Origin: a virus
DNA length: 64,000 nt
Virus record (IMG/VR): IMGVR_UViG_3300031552_000003
Location: 1-64,000 of that record
Strand: one strand, 5' to 3'
The notes beneath the pieces are model-generated. The model had not been told where the DNA came from. It worked only from the letters and a program-made list of their open reading frames with translations, and did not search any database. The position numbers and the translations under genes are program-made. Positions 29,873-40,378 of this stretch are shown here, piece after piece; position 1 is the stretch's first letter; each line of letters begins with the position of its first letter.

Positions 29873-30070
29873 TTATCTTATTTTAAATGATATGGTCATA
29901 GTAAAAGTTTTACCATGTTTTTCCTTTAAAATAGAGGATTCCTCTAAAAAAGGGCATAAATTTATTAGTTTGTTAAAATTATATTTAGATTTTTTTATAT
30001 CAGAAAATGTTTCAAAATATTGTAGTACTTTAATTAAATCTTCTGTGGTTGTTTTTTTATTGTAATGCAT
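29873..30070 (-). CDS. Small counter-oriented moron gene
   Basis: Fills the gap in the tail operon; own TATATTTG promoter upstream. Confidence 0.55.
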   Translation of the reverse strand: MHYNKKTTTEDLIKVLQYFETFSDIKKSKYNFNKLINLCPFLEESSILKEKHGKTFTMTISFKIR

Positions 30071-30092
30071 AATTTTATTTATTAGTATAATA

Positions 30093-30140
30093 CAAATATA
30101 AATAAAATTTTTAATTTAAAAATTAAATTTAATAAAATTT
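30093..30140 (-). promoter_or_regulatory. Bacteroidota-type promoter (-7 TATATTTG)
   Basis: caaatata at 30093-30100; ~45-bp context closely similar to 52116-52163. Confidence 0.6.
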
Positions 30141-30156
30141 AATAAAATATTTTAAA

Positions 30157-30567
30157 ATGAATATTTCTTCGATTGATATTAAAAATATGCTTGTAGCAGA
30201 AAGTTCTTTAGGGCTTATTTTTGCTACTAATTTATTTATAGGGAAAGAACCTGCAACACCTAAAAATTGTGTAACAATATTTGATACACCAGGTTTTCCA
30301 GATGAATTATTATTAACAGGGAGTGAAAATGGAAATAGTTATCAATACCCATCTGTACAAATACGGGTACGAAATACAAATTATTTGAATGGATGGGATA
30401 TTATAGAAAGCATAAAGAATACATTACATGGCCGGGCAAATGAGACATGGGATGATTCTTTATATTTAATAATTTATTGTTCCAGTGGTCCTGCTTTATT
30501 AGACTGGGATGATAGTTCAAATGTTCGGTTTATTGTAAATTTTAATATAAATCGGCGGAAAGTTTAA
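30157..30567 (+). CDS. Tail terminator ('minor capsid' family)
   Basis: LFIG.EP..P, IFDT.G, PSVQIRVR, RFIVNF. Confidence 0.75.
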   Translation: MNISSIDIKNMLVAESSLGLIFATNLFIGKEPATPKNCVTIFDTPGFPDELLLTGSENGNSYQYPSVQIRVRNTNYLNGWDIIESIKNTLHGRANETWDDSLYLIIYCSSGPALLDWDDSSNVRFIVNFNINRRKV

Positions 30568-30594
30568 TTTAAATTTAAAAAAGGAGGTAATAAT

Positions 30595-31023
30595 ATGAGT
30601 AATGCTATAACAGGGGTAGGTACTATATTTCGCAGGTGGAATGGTTCTGCCTGGGAGAATATTGCTGAAATTAATTCGATTAACGGTCCTGGTATGTCAA
30701 GAGATACAATTGATGTGACTTCTCTTGATTCTACCGGGGGGTATCGTGAATTTATCGCGGGTTTTCGTAATGCTGGGACAGTAACTCTTGCAATGAATTT
30801 TACAAGGGATACGTATGATCTGATGAAAACAGATTTTGAGGATGATGATTTACAAAATTACGAAATAGTTCTGCCAGATGTTGAAAATACCACGTTGGAA
30901 TTTGAAGGTTTGGTAACTGAATTGCCATTATCTATATCGGCAGATGATAAAATTACTGCGGATGTGACACTTCAGATAAGCGGACAAGTAACGGTTAATT
31001 CCGGGGCAAGTTCTGGTGTATAG
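30595..31023 (+). CDS. Major tail tube protein
   Basis: I.GPG.SRDTIDVTSLDS.GGYREFIAG, F.G.V; strong SD. Confidence 0.9.
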   Translation: MSNAITGVGTIFRRWNGSAWENIAEINSINGPGMSRDTIDVTSLDSTGGYREFIAGFRNAGTVTLAMNFTRDTYDLMKTDFEDDDLQNYEIVLPDVENTTLEFEGLVTELPLSISADDKITADVTLQISGQVTVNSGASSGV

Positions 31024-31079
31024 GTTAAAGAATTATCTAATCAAGGTATTTTATTGTTAAATTTTAAAAATAACTAATC

Positions 31080-31505
31080 ATGAATATATTAAACAGAGAA
31101 AATTTATTAAAAAAAGAAAAACTTGAAATCGAACAAGTTGATTTAGGAAATGATGAACACGTATTTGTTCGCCAAATGACTGGCAGGGAGCGTGACCGGT
31201 TTGAACAATCTTTGCTTAAAGAAATAAAGGACAATAAAGGGGATGTTGTGAGTTATGATCGTTCATTGGAAGATTTTAGGGCAAAATTAGCTGTTGTTAC
31301 ACTTTGTGATGAAGAAGGGAAATCTTTGTTACGTCCGGAAGATTATACTATTCTTAGTCAAAATATGAGTGCCAAACGATTGGAAGCAATTGTTAATGTA
31401 GCACAACGTTTAAATAAAATATCAGATGATGATAAAAAAGCTTTGGTAAAAAACTCCGAAGCCGGCCTGGACGACAATTCCAGTTCCGGCTGTGCCGAGA
31501 ATTAG
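31080..31505 (+). CDS. Tail assembly chaperone (gpG-like)
   Basis: VFVRQMTG.ERD.FE, CDEEG, VKNS end with slippery site. Confidence 0.85.
   Translation: MNILNRENLLKKEKLEIEQVDLGNDEHVFVRQMTGRERDRFEQSLLKEIKDNKGDVVSYDRSLEDFRAKLAVVTLCDEEGKSLLRPEDYTILSQNMSAKRLEAIVNVAQRLNKISDDDKKALVKNSEAGLDDNSSSGCAEN
31448..31454 (+). other. -1 ribosomal frameshift site A AAA AAC producing a gpGT-like fusion
   Basis: The -1 frame is open (KLRSRPGRQFQFRLCRELGFAHPD...) and continuous with ORF 31529-31903. Confidence 0.85.
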
Positions 31506-31903
31506 GGTTTGCTCATCCAGATATACTTTTGGATGAGCTTACTTCTGTTCAAATAAGTGAATGGGAAGCCTATGATAAAATAGATCCTATTGGTACTTGG
31601 AGAGATGATTTTAGAATGGCTAATTTAGCTGCTATAATTACAAACATTGTAAATTGTTTATATTCAAAGAAAGGATCACAGCTAAAGTTAACCACTCCAT
31701 TAGATTTTATGCCTGATTGGAGTAATGACAAAAAAGAAGTTTCTATAAAACAAAGTCCGGAAGAAATGAAAGAATCTCTTTTAAGATTTGTAAAAATACA
31801 TAATAAAAAAATAGAAAGTCTAAAAACAAGCAGGGTTCCAAAACAAACAAGAAAAAAAAGAAACGATGAACATAGGAACAATGACAGCAACCCTGGGGGT
31901 TAA
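31454..31903 (+). CDS. Tail assembly chaperone extension (gpT-like, via frameshift)
   Basis: L.S.QI.EW.AY....P.G..RDD.R.A, DFMP. Confidence 0.8.
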   Translation, partial: LRSRPGRQFQFRLCRELGFAHPDILLDELTSVQISEWEAYDKIDPIGTWRDDFRMANLAAIITNIVNCLYSKKGSQLKLTTPLDFMPDWSNDKKEVSIKQSPEEMKESLLRFVKIHNKKIESLKTSRVPKQTRKKRNDEHRNNDSNPGG

Positions 31904-34808
31904 TACAGCAGGGTTGCAAATGGCAGAAGCAGCAATGCAACGTTTTCAACAAAAAGCGAATATTTCAATGGCAAATGTTACTAAAACTCTTGATAAAACA
32001 GGGCGGAATATGTATTATTTTGGAACTGCTGCCGGAAGATTTTTAACATTGCCATTAGCATTGGCCGGGGTTGCTGCTTTTAAAGCTGCAAAGGATTTTG
32101 AAAGTTCCATGCAAAAAATTGTTGGTTTAGTTGGTGTTGCACAAACACAGGTAAATGAATGGCGCCAGGAATTGTTAAAATTAGGGCCTGAAATAGGCAA
32201 AAGCCCTAAAGAATTGGCGGAAGCTTTGTATTTTATAACATCATCAGGGTTTAAAGGTGCAGAAGCAATGACGATATTGACTGAATCTGCAAAAGCTGCT
32301 GCTTCTGGTTTAGGTGAAGCAAAAGATATAGCTGATTTAGCTACCTCTGCGATGAGTGCTTACAAAAGTTCAGGGTTAACAGCAAGCCGTGTAATGGATG
32401 TATTAACTGCTGCTGTACGTGAAGGGAAAGGGGAAGCATCAGAGTATGCAAAACAAATGGGTGATGTTATTCCAATAGCATCTAAAATGGGGGTTAGTTT
32501 TGATCAAGTAGCATCAGCAATGTCTGCTGTTAGTTTAACAGGGACAGGGGTAGCTGAAGCTTCTACGCAGATAAAACGAATATTAATTTCATTACTAAAA
32601 GTAACACCACAAGCAGAGAAGGCTCTTAATGACATGGGGACTTCCGGACAGGAAATGCGGGATATATTTAGAAATCAAGGAATGCTTGAAGGATTGATAA
32701 AGTTAAACAAATTGTTTAATAAATTTGGGGAGGATATGGTAGGGAAAGTATTTCCAAATGTTCGGGCATTACTTCCTGTTTTATCATTAACAGGTGATCG
32801 TTTAAATGATAATATAAAATTGTTTAAAGCTGTGGATGAATCTTTAGGAAGTGCAAAAACAGCATATGAAGTTACAGCTAATACTATTGAGCGAAAATAC
32901 AATAAAGCATTGGCTTCTGCTCAAAGTTCCATGATTACTTTTGGAATGGCGTTGAAAGGTCCGATTGCTTCTTTTCTTGAAGGGTTTTCAAATAAAATAC
33001 AAAGTTTAACAAATTGGTTTAGCAATCTTACTAAATATCAGCAAGAATGGGTATTTCAAATAGGAGTTACTGTTGCAGCAATAAGTCCTTTAACTATTGC
33101 ATTAGGATTAATGATGAGGGGGCTTAGTGGGATAGCTGCTATTGTGACTTGGTTAAGTGCTAATCCTATTGTAATAGCAGGGGCAATAGCTGCTACGGCT
33201 ATAGCTATGGCAGCTCATTTAATAATAATAACTAATACAAATAAGGAATTACAAACATATTCTGAAAAATTAGAAGATTTAGGTGGAAGTACAAAATCTT
33301 TTACAGATATGTTAAACAAGGAAACAGCACAAATTTCATTATTGTTTTCTACATTAAAAGTAAGTAACAATAGTTTAAATGTGCGAAAAGCATATGTTGA
33401 TGAAATAAATAAAAAATATAAAGATTATTTACCTAATTTACTTTCTGAAAAAACAACATTAAATGAAATAAATGAAATTGAAGCTAAATTGATAGATAAT
33501 ATAAGAGCAAGAATGGCTGCACAATTTGAAAGTAAAAAGATAACTGCCATTTTAGATCAGCAAATAGAAAGAGAAAGTGAAATGCTAAATTACTTATCTT
33601 CTGCAAAAGTTCCGTTAGCAGTTTGGGTAGCTGCTTTTGAAGAAGCTTATTCTAATGTAACTAAATTTGGGAGGGCATATGCTGAATTTTTTGACCCTGA
33701 AGGAAATAAAATAGGAGAATATACAAAAGATATTGATGCTTTGGCTAAAATACTGAATATAGAACCAAAGTTATTGACAGGTACTTATTTTGAAAATATG
33801 CGAGGAAAATTTACTCCAGTTTTTGATGATTTAATTGCATATAGATTACAAGATACTAAAGCAATAGAGCGCACAAAACAAGCAATGAAGGAATATATTT
33901 CTTTAATTGAAGAATCTGTAAAAACTTCTGAAAAAGGAAAAGGTGGAAAGGGTAAAAAAGAAATAGATTATTCAACCATGTTTGGAAATCCAAAAGAGGC
34001 TTTAGAATGGTATCAAAAGGAATTAGACAAAGCTAAATATTTTAAATTTGAAATGCCTGAATTTGAAGAAACTGATTATACAAATTTTTTTAAAAAAATA
34101 GGAGATTCTGCTACACCTTTAGAAAATTTAAACAATCAGCTTGCTCGCATTGCTTTGCATAATTCTTTAGTTGCAGATTCTTTTGATAGCACTTCTTTAG
34201 CTTCAAAAACATTAAGTGAACAAATTGCTTTTACACAACAATCATATGATGCATTATTTGAGTTATATCCAATGGGAAATGAGTTATTGCAAATACGTAT
34301 TGATAAATTAAAAGAATTAAAAGAAGTTCAAGAAAAATCAAATAGAGCAGCAGAAATAGGAAGTACAGTTGCAAGAGAATTTTCACAAGCATTGCAAGGA
34401 AATATTGAAGATGCACAAGATTTAGGTAATGCTTTGCGTAGAGCTGCTATAAATGCGATTGCAGCATATATAGCCGAAGCAGTAGTATATAATGCTAAAA
34501 ATGCGATAACAACTTCTAAAAATCCTTATACAGCATTGATTAAAGCTGCTGCTATTTCTGCGGCTACACGAGCATTATTAGAAGGGATTGTGCCTAAATT
34601 AGCAGAGGGTGGAGAAGTTCCTCCCGGATACCCAGCAGACACATATCCAGCATTGCTTACATCAGGGGAAATAGTAACACCCCCAGGTAAACTACCATCT
34701 ATAGAAAATCAAAGTTCTTCAATGAATGGTGAGGTTGTATTTCGTATTGATGGATATGAGTTAGTAGGGATTCTTAAAAAATATGATCAAAAATTAAGCA
34801 AAATATAA
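31866..34808 (+). CDS. Tape measure protein
   Basis: 980 aa helical, LTLPL..AG.AA.K...DFE..M; position after chaperones. Confidence 0.92.
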   Translation: MNIGTMTATLGVNTAGLQMAEAAMQRFQQKANISMANVTKTLDKTGRNMYYFGTAAGRFLTLPLALAGVAAFKAAKDFESSMQKIVGLVGVAQTQVNEWRQELLKLGPEIGKSPKELAEALYFITSSGFKGAEAMTILTESAKAAASGLGEAKDIADLATSAMSAYKSSGLTASRVMDVLTAAVREGKGEASEYAKQMGDVIPIASKMGVSFDQVASAMSAVSLTGTGVAEASTQIKRILISLLKVTPQAEKALNDMGTSGQEMRDIFRNQGMLEGLIKLNKLFNKFGEDMVGKVFPNVRALLPVLSLTGDRLNDNIKLFKAVDESLGSAKTAYEVTANTIERKYNKALASAQSSMITFGMALKGPIASFLEGFSNKIQSLTNWFSNLTKYQQEWVFQIGVTVAAISPLTIALGLMMRGLSGIAAIVTWLSANPIVIAGAIAATAIAMAAHLIIITNTNKELQTYSEKLEDLGGSTKSFTDMLNKETAQISLLFSTLKVSNNSLNVRKAYVDEINKKYKDYLPNLLSEKTTLNEINEIEAKLIDNIRARMAAQFESKKITAILDQQIERESEMLNYLSSAKVPLAVWVAAFEEAYSNVTKFGRAYAEFFDPEGNKIGEYTKDIDALAKILNIEPKLLTGTYFENMRGKFTPVFDDLIAYRLQDTKAIERTKQAMKEYISLIEESVKTSEKGKGGKGKKEIDYSTMFGNPKEALEWYQKELDKAKYFKFEMPEFEETDYTNFFKKIGDSATPLENLNNQLARIALHNSLVADSFDSTSLASKTLSEQIAFTQQSYDALFELYPMGNELLQIRIDKLKELKEVQEKSNRAAEIGSTVAREFSQALQGNIEDAQDLGNALRRAAINAIAAYIAEAVVYNAKNAITTSKNPYTALIKAAAISAATRALLEGIVPKLAEGGEVPPGYPADTYPALLTSGEIVTPPGKLPSIENQSSSMNGEVVFRIDGYELVGILKKYDQKLSKI

Positions 34809-34812
34809 CAAC

Positions 34813-36912
34813 ATGGCATACGGGTTAAAATATGAATGTTTATTATATCCTTTTGGAACAGAAGAAGAGGTTTATCTCCGTATTTATGAAGATGAATATT
34901 CCGGGGGATCTTCTGCTTTAACAATTGCTAAAGATGGTATCAGCATTATGATGGATAAAACAGATTATTTTGATTCTATTGTTTCAGTTAATGCAGAAAT
35001 TCAAATTATAAATGATTTAGATGATTTTTTTGAATTAGATACTTTATTTTCAGTAAATGATTTTCAATATTATGTAAAAATTGTAGGAGGAACAGCAACA
35101 TATTTTGAAGGGTATATTCCATGTGATACTATAGAACAAACCTTTTTGCCAAAAGGGACAGTTATTATAAATGCTTCTAACAATTTAAAAAGATTAGACG
35201 GGTTTATTCCAACAATGTTTACATATAGAACAACATATACTTTGATTAGTATTATCAAACACTGTTTATCATTTACCGGATTGTCTTTGCCTATTTATGT
35301 AAATTGTTCGTTGTATGAATGGCAAGCTGATTCAGGGTATGTGTATTCTACAGCAGTATATTCTGTTTTTGAAAAATATATACATTCTGATTTGTTTTTA
35401 AAAAATGACAATGAATATCAAGATTGTTTAACTATTTTAAAAAGTATTTTAGAATCATTTGATTGTAAAATTTATTATTGGGATGAAAAATGGTATATTG
35501 AACGTGTAAAAGATTTGGGACATTCAACAAAACATTATGTTGTTTATTTAACAAACGATACAGGAACGGTTGCTAATGAAACTAATACTTTATATGAAAC
35601 AGGCAATACAAATACAAAATTAAGGTACACTGCACGATCACAAAAAATTTCATATATTCCGGGGGCAAAACAAATTCGTATAAATTTAAATGAAAAATTA
35701 AAAATCAATTTATTAAATTACTATTATGATAATTTAATTGTAAATAGTGGAGATTATGCAGAAAATTTTCAACCTACTTATTTAACATGGGAAGTTGATA
35801 AAAATACAATTTATGATAATAAATATAATATTTATAATATGTCAAATGAAGTAGAACTGTATAATAATTCACAAAATTTTACAACATATTGGACACATTT
35901 TGAATGGTATATTCTTGCTACAACAGCTTCTTATTATTATACAGCTCTTAGAGAATCTATATCTGGTGTATATACAAGATTTAGATTTATTATGAATGAA
36001 GAAGGTGATACAAATATGACAATTAAATTTAAATTTAAACTTCCACAAGATTTATTAGAAAATGAAAAACTTCAATATTTTATATCAGACAGAAATTTAC
36101 ATCCAAATAATCATATTTTTTATGTGAGATTTTTTTTACGTGAAGATTTTTATGGAAGTGGGGGATTTGTTGTATATGACCGGGATAATGGGAAATATGA
36201 AATGGTTTTTAGAGATGATATTATAGGTTGGCCAACAGTGGATCCTTTAATAATAGTAAAAGAAATTTCCTTTGATAATTTCACACACCCAGAATTTTTT
36301 CAATCAGAAGTAGAAATAACTATTCCAATTTCTGATTTTTCAGAAAATTTACAAAGTACTTCTCCTACATTTTTATTTGGATTATGTCAATTAGGATACT
36401 CTGGACCACCAGATGTTCAAATTTTTGATCCTATTGATACTGGGAGATATATGGAAGCGGGTTGTGCTATAAAAAAATCAATTTATGGAGATGTTGTAAT
36501 TAGTGTAAATGAAGATGTAGGTGATAATGTTCATACTGGGGGAGTTTCTACTAATTTTGTAAATACATTAGAAGTTGGAATGGTTTTGTATGATGGGGTT
36601 TCTTCTAATGTATTAAATTCAATAATAAAAGCAGATGGTTTCAGTATAACTACACAATGGGAAGATGCTTTTAGCCAAGCTCATTTACCATTAGTTAAAA
36701 AATCAATAGAAGATCGTTATCAAATTTATAATAAAGTTAGGCATGAAATAAATAGTGATTTTTTTTATGGGATATTAAAACCATTTAGTTTAGTGGATGC
36801 TCAATATTTTGATAATAATTTTTATGTAAATGGTTATCGGTATAATTTAGCTTCAAAAAGTTATTCTAATTTGAATTTAAAAGAATATGTAGATGATGAT
36901 GATGTATCTTAA
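34813..36912 (+). CDS. Tail tip/hub protein
   Basis: Follows tape measure gene; MAYGLKY...F.GY, L..IL..F......WYI pattern. Confidence 0.65.
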   Translation: MAYGLKYECLLYPFGTEEEVYLRIYEDEYSGGSSALTIAKDGISIMMDKTDYFDSIVSVNAEIQIINDLDDFFELDTLFSVNDFQYYVKIVGGTATYFEGYIPCDTIEQTFLPKGTVIINASNNLKRLDGFIPTMFTYRTTYTLISIIKHCLSFTGLSLPIYVNCSLYEWQADSGYVYSTAVYSVFEKYIHSDLFLKNDNEYQDCLTILKSILESFDCKIYYWDEKWYIERVKDLGHSTKHYVVYLTNDTGTVANETNTLYETGNTNTKLRYTARSQKISYIPGAKQIRINLNEKLKINLLNYYYDNLIVNSGDYAENFQPTYLTWEVDKNTIYDNKYNIYNMSNEVELYNNSQNFTTYWTHFEWYILATTASYYYTALRESISGVYTRFRFIMNEEGDTNMTIKFKFKLPQDLLENEKLQYFISDRNLHPNNHIFYVRFFLREDFYGSGGFVVYDRDNGKYEMVFRDDIIGWPTVDPLIIVKEISFDNFTHPEFFQSEVEITIPISDFSENLQSTSPTFLFGLCQLGYSGPPDVQIFDPIDTGRYMEAGCAIKKSIYGDVVISVNEDVGDNVHTGGVSTNFVNTLEVGMVLYDGVSSNVLNSIIKADGFSITTQWEDAFSQAHLPLVKKSIEDRYQIYNKVRHEINSDFFYGILKPFSLVDAQYFDNNFYVNGYRYNLASKSYSNLNLKEYVDDDDVS

Positions 36913-36924
36913 ACTAATATAATT

Positions 36925-39657
36925 ATGGCAGGAGAAATTTCATATAATGCATATCGAAGAAATAATTATGATGAAAAAGAATATTACTCTATGATTGGTG
37001 GATATTCAGGAAGTGGTGTTTTAGGTAATTATTTATTAAAAACAGGGGATACTGCTACTGGAAGTTATACGTTTGATACAGATACATTATTTATTGATGC
37101 GGACAATCATGCAATAGGTATGGGTATAGGTTCTGATTCCCCGGGTTCTTTATTAGATATGGAAGGGGCCTTGACTGTTCGTGGAATTTCTGCTCCTGGA
37201 CTTTCTTCTGCGGGACAAGGTATTCTTTATTTTGATGTTACTTCCAATGTTTTTAAAATATCTGAAAATGGAGGAACTTACAAAAATATATTTGGTGGAT
37301 ATTGGACTGCAAATGAGAATGATATTTATAATAATAATTCTGGTGGAGTTGGGATTGGAATAAATTCTCCTATAGGAATGTTGCATCTTAATGGAGATGC
37401 GGAATTTTCAGGTAATGATTTGGTGATTCAAAATAGCTCTAATAACTGTGGTTTAACTATAATAAGTGATGTGAGTTGTTATGTTTATTATAAAATTTCA
37501 AGTACTATAGGCGCTGCAATAGGTATAGAAAGTAATGGTAATCTACGATTTTGGAGAAATTACTCAGGATGGGTAGAATCCATAACATTACAAAATACAT
37601 CTGGTAATGTAGGAATAAATAATTCGGATCCAGCTTTTACATTAGATGTAGATGGTACGGGGTATTTTACAGGTGAAGTTCTTTTAGAAGATAATATAGG
37701 CAGTGATACTTTTTTTAGTGGATTTGGAGGAAGTGGGTGGAGGTTAGATGCAGATTCTTCGGGAGTAAATACATTATCTGTTGATAATTTATATGTTCGT
37801 AAAGCAATGAATGTTTATGAACTTATAATTAATCAAATACGTGCTACAAATGGTTCTTTATGGGTGAGTGATTCTGTAAAAATTACAAATTTTGAATTAG
37901 CTCCATATTATGATGATCCTCCTGGTTCAGGAACAGGATATACAGTTTATATAGATACAGAAAATTTTACATATTCATCATTACCAATTCATCCCGGAGA
38001 TTTTTTGAGGTGTCAAAAATGGACTGGTTCCGGGGTTAAATATTATACTGCCCATATAGATGCAGTGAATAAGACTGGTCCTACATATTATGATTATTTT
38101 AACATGCATATAATAGATGGTGCGGGAATTCCTGAAATTGGAGATGTTCTTGTTCGCATAGGGCATGGGTATGATACAAATAGACAAGGAGCTATCTATT
38201 TAACTGCAAGTGACACAAATGCCCCTTATATTGATATTTTAGATGGTGTGGATGGTGCTTCTTTTGCAGGTAAAACAAAAGTTCGTTTAGGACATTTAGC
38301 AGGTATTACTGATGCAGATTTTGGAGGAACTTTAAGTGGGTATGGTTTATACGCGAGTAATGCTTATTTAAAAGGTGAATTGATTATGGTGGCAAATTCA
38401 TCTAAAAGTGGCATTCCTGAATCATATAACTTTCAAAGTTCATCAGATGGCTGGCAAATTGCATATGGGACAAAAACTGAAAATACAAATACGATAACAA
38501 TTGAATCAACATATACTACAAACCCTGTTGCATTGTTTAGGCACAACCTGTATTTTCCGGGAAAATCATTACATATTTTACAAGTACGAATAAAAAGGAT
38601 AACGGATGGTAGTAACTGGGTTGGTAAATGTTATTATAAAACAAGTGGACATGATTATACAGATAGTTATTATAAATCATTTAATGAGAGTGATATTACA
38701 ACTGAATGGGGATCACTTTGTTTAGACATGTCTGAATTAACCGCAGGAGGAACAGATTTTATTGATAATACTATATTATCATTATATTTCTTTTTCGGAT
38801 ATGATGATGGTGGGGGTGTTCCTGATAAATATGAGATTGATCAAATTGTTATAGGTGATGGCACAAATTGGGGGGCAGTAAAAGGTATTCCTTCTATGTT
38901 AGAACCACCAACTGGTACTGGTTTATTTTTATCTGCTACTCACATGGGATATTATACAGCAAGTGCATGGAAAACTTATATGGATAATGCTGGAAATATG
39001 GTATTAGGTGATTATGCTGGAGGTAATGCAGGATTGTATTGGGATCAAAGTGGGGCTGCATTAAATATACGAGGAATTATTCGTGCAACATCTGGTGATA
39101 TAGGTGGTTGGACAATAAACAGTGCATATCTTGCAAAAGATACAGGCACAGATGCTACAAGTGCAGGAATGGCCCCTACTGATTATCCTTTTTATGGAGG
39201 GGCTACTTATGCGAATAGGGCAACAGCCCCTTTTAGAGTAACTAATGCTGGGGTTTTAACAGCATCTGATGCTTTAATAACAGGAACATTACAAACTGGG
39301 GCATCTGGAAAAAGAGCAGTGTTAAGTGGTGTTGATAATAATATGCTTTTTTATGGAACGGATGGTAGTTTAATTACTATTGATGATAGTTTACTCACAG
39401 ATGATACTCATTGGGAAGCTGAACCTGGTATAAAAATCGAAGGTACAAGCTATTTTTCATACCCATCATGTTTAGTATCTTCTATGGTTTTTGAAATGCT
39501 AAATTACACTTATAGTCATCAATTTTATGTGAAGACAAATGATACATATTTAGAAATATATGCAAAAGATATGTATCATTATACTGGTGGAAATGGGAAT
39601 GTAAAAAATTTATGTATAGATACTGTAACAGGAAGAATTATGTGTAATTTTTCTTAA
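36925..39657 (+). CDS. Tail fibre / host-specificity protein
   Basis: VGIG...P...L repeats, SGFGGSGWRL, VDNLYVRK, PYIDI.DG, SG.IGGW.I. Confidence 0.75.
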   Translation: MAGEISYNAYRRNNYDEKEYYSMIGGYSGSGVLGNYLLKTGDTATGSYTFDTDTLFIDADNHAIGMGIGSDSPGSLLDMEGALTVRGISAPGLSSAGQGILYFDVTSNVFKISENGGTYKNIFGGYWTANENDIYNNNSGGVGIGINSPIGMLHLNGDAEFSGNDLVIQNSSNNCGLTIISDVSCYVYYKISSTIGAAIGIESNGNLRFWRNYSGWVESITLQNTSGNVGINNSDPAFTLDVDGTGYFTGEVLLEDNIGSDTFFSGFGGSGWRLDADSSGVNTLSVDNLYVRKAMNVYELIINQIRATNGSLWVSDSVKITNFELAPYYDDPPGSGTGYTVYIDTENFTYSSLPIHPGDFLRCQKWTGSGVKYYTAHIDAVNKTGPTYYDYFNMHIIDGAGIPEIGDVLVRIGHGYDTNRQGAIYLTASDTNAPYIDILDGVDGASFAGKTKVRLGHLAGITDADFGGTLSGYGLYASNAYLKGELIMVANSSKSGIPESYNFQSSSDGWQIAYGTKTENTNTITIESTYTTNPVALFRHNLYFPGKSLHILQVRIKRITDGSNWVGKCYYKTSGHDYTDSYYKSFNESDITTEWGSLCLDMSELTAGGTDFIDNTILSLYFFFGYDDGGGVPDKYEIDQIVIGDGTNWGAVKGIPSMLEPPTGTGLFLSATHMGYYTASAWKTYMDNAGNMVLGDYAGGNAGLYWDQSGAALNIRGIIRATSGDIGGWTINSAYLAKDTGTDATSAGMAPTDYPFYGGATYANRATAPFRVTNAGVLTASDALITGTLQTGASGKRAVLSGVDNNMLFYGTDGSLITIDDSLLTDDTHWEAEPGIKIEGTSYFSYPSCLVSSMVFEMLNYTYSHQFYVKTNDTYLEIYAKDMYHYTGGNGNVKNLCIDTVTGRIMCNFS

Positions 39658-39683
39658 TTTTTACTAATCAAATAAATATAAAT

Positions 39684-39980
39684 ATGAAAATTAAAATTAA
39701 TGAATGTTTAAAAGGAGTTGATGGGGTTAGTCCTATTGTGGAAAAAGAAATTGTATTAACTTTAAAAGAGGTGTGCATTGCAGCAGTGTTAACCCCAATG
39801 GAAGGAGAAGATCAAAAGAAAAAATTTGAGAAGTGGGAAATTTACAAAAAACTCCGGGACAGTGTAGAAACTGTTGAATTGTCCGTAGAAGAAATATCTG
39901 CAATTAAAGCTTCAATAGGTAAGTTTTATCCACCTTTAATTTTGGGACAAAGTTTTGAAATGTTGGAACAAATTATCTAA
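39684..39980 (+). CDS. Hypothetical protein (possible fibre chaperone)
   Basis: Last gene of the + arm; ELSVEEI..IK..IG. Confidence 0.55.
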   Translation: MKIKINECLKGVDGVSPIVEKEIVLTLKEVCIAAVLTPMEGEDQKKKFEKWEIYKKLRDSVETVELSVEEISAIKASIGKFYPPLILGQSFEMLEQII

Positions 39981-40005
39981 CATATATTTTGCATAGACTT
40001 TTTAT

Positions 40006-40041
40006 AAAAATCCCGACACTGTGATAGTATCGGGATTTTTT
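40006..40041. terminator. Bidirectional intrinsic terminator between the convergent arms
   Basis: aaaaatcccgacact-gtgat-agtatcgggattttt hairpin with A and T tails. Confidence 0.88.
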
Positions 40042-40378
40042 ACATTACTCGTTTCCATTCAAATCCAGCGCATGTTTTTTTAATCCCTCTAACTGTATTA
40101 TTTAAAGCCCCTTTAGTTACACCCATAGCTTTTGCAGCAACAGTACCATTTCTCCATGTTTTTATTACTTTACCATCTTTTATTTGAGCTACTTTTTTAC
40201 CAATGTGCCTTTCCATACGGGCGTGCTCATGTCCAATAGTGTAAACAATATTTAAATAATATTTTAAATAGCGTATAGGAACATAATGATCAATAGTAGG
40301 TGTATAATCTTCTGTTGAAAGGATGCTTCTTTTACGCATTTCTAAAAGTATCTTATCTATTAATTCATCTTGTTGCAT
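40040..40378 (-). CDS. NUMOD1-domain DNA-binding protein
   Basis: KKVAQ..DG.VIKTW....AAK.MG.....I......KTCAGF.W. Confidence 0.75.
   Translation of the reverse strand: MQQDELIDKILLEMRKRSILSTEDYTPTIDHYVPIRYLKYYLNIVYTIGHEHARMERHIGKKVAQIKDGKVIKTWRNGTVAAKAMGVTKGALNNTVRGIKKTCAGFEWKRVM

Noticed and set aside
31448-31454. Tail chaperone -1 frameshift as a novelty
   Set aside because: Well supported but a standard feature of long-tailed phages; listed as a feature only
36925-39657. Diversity-generating retroelement target
   Set aside because: No reverse transcriptase or TR/VR repeat pair seen in the window
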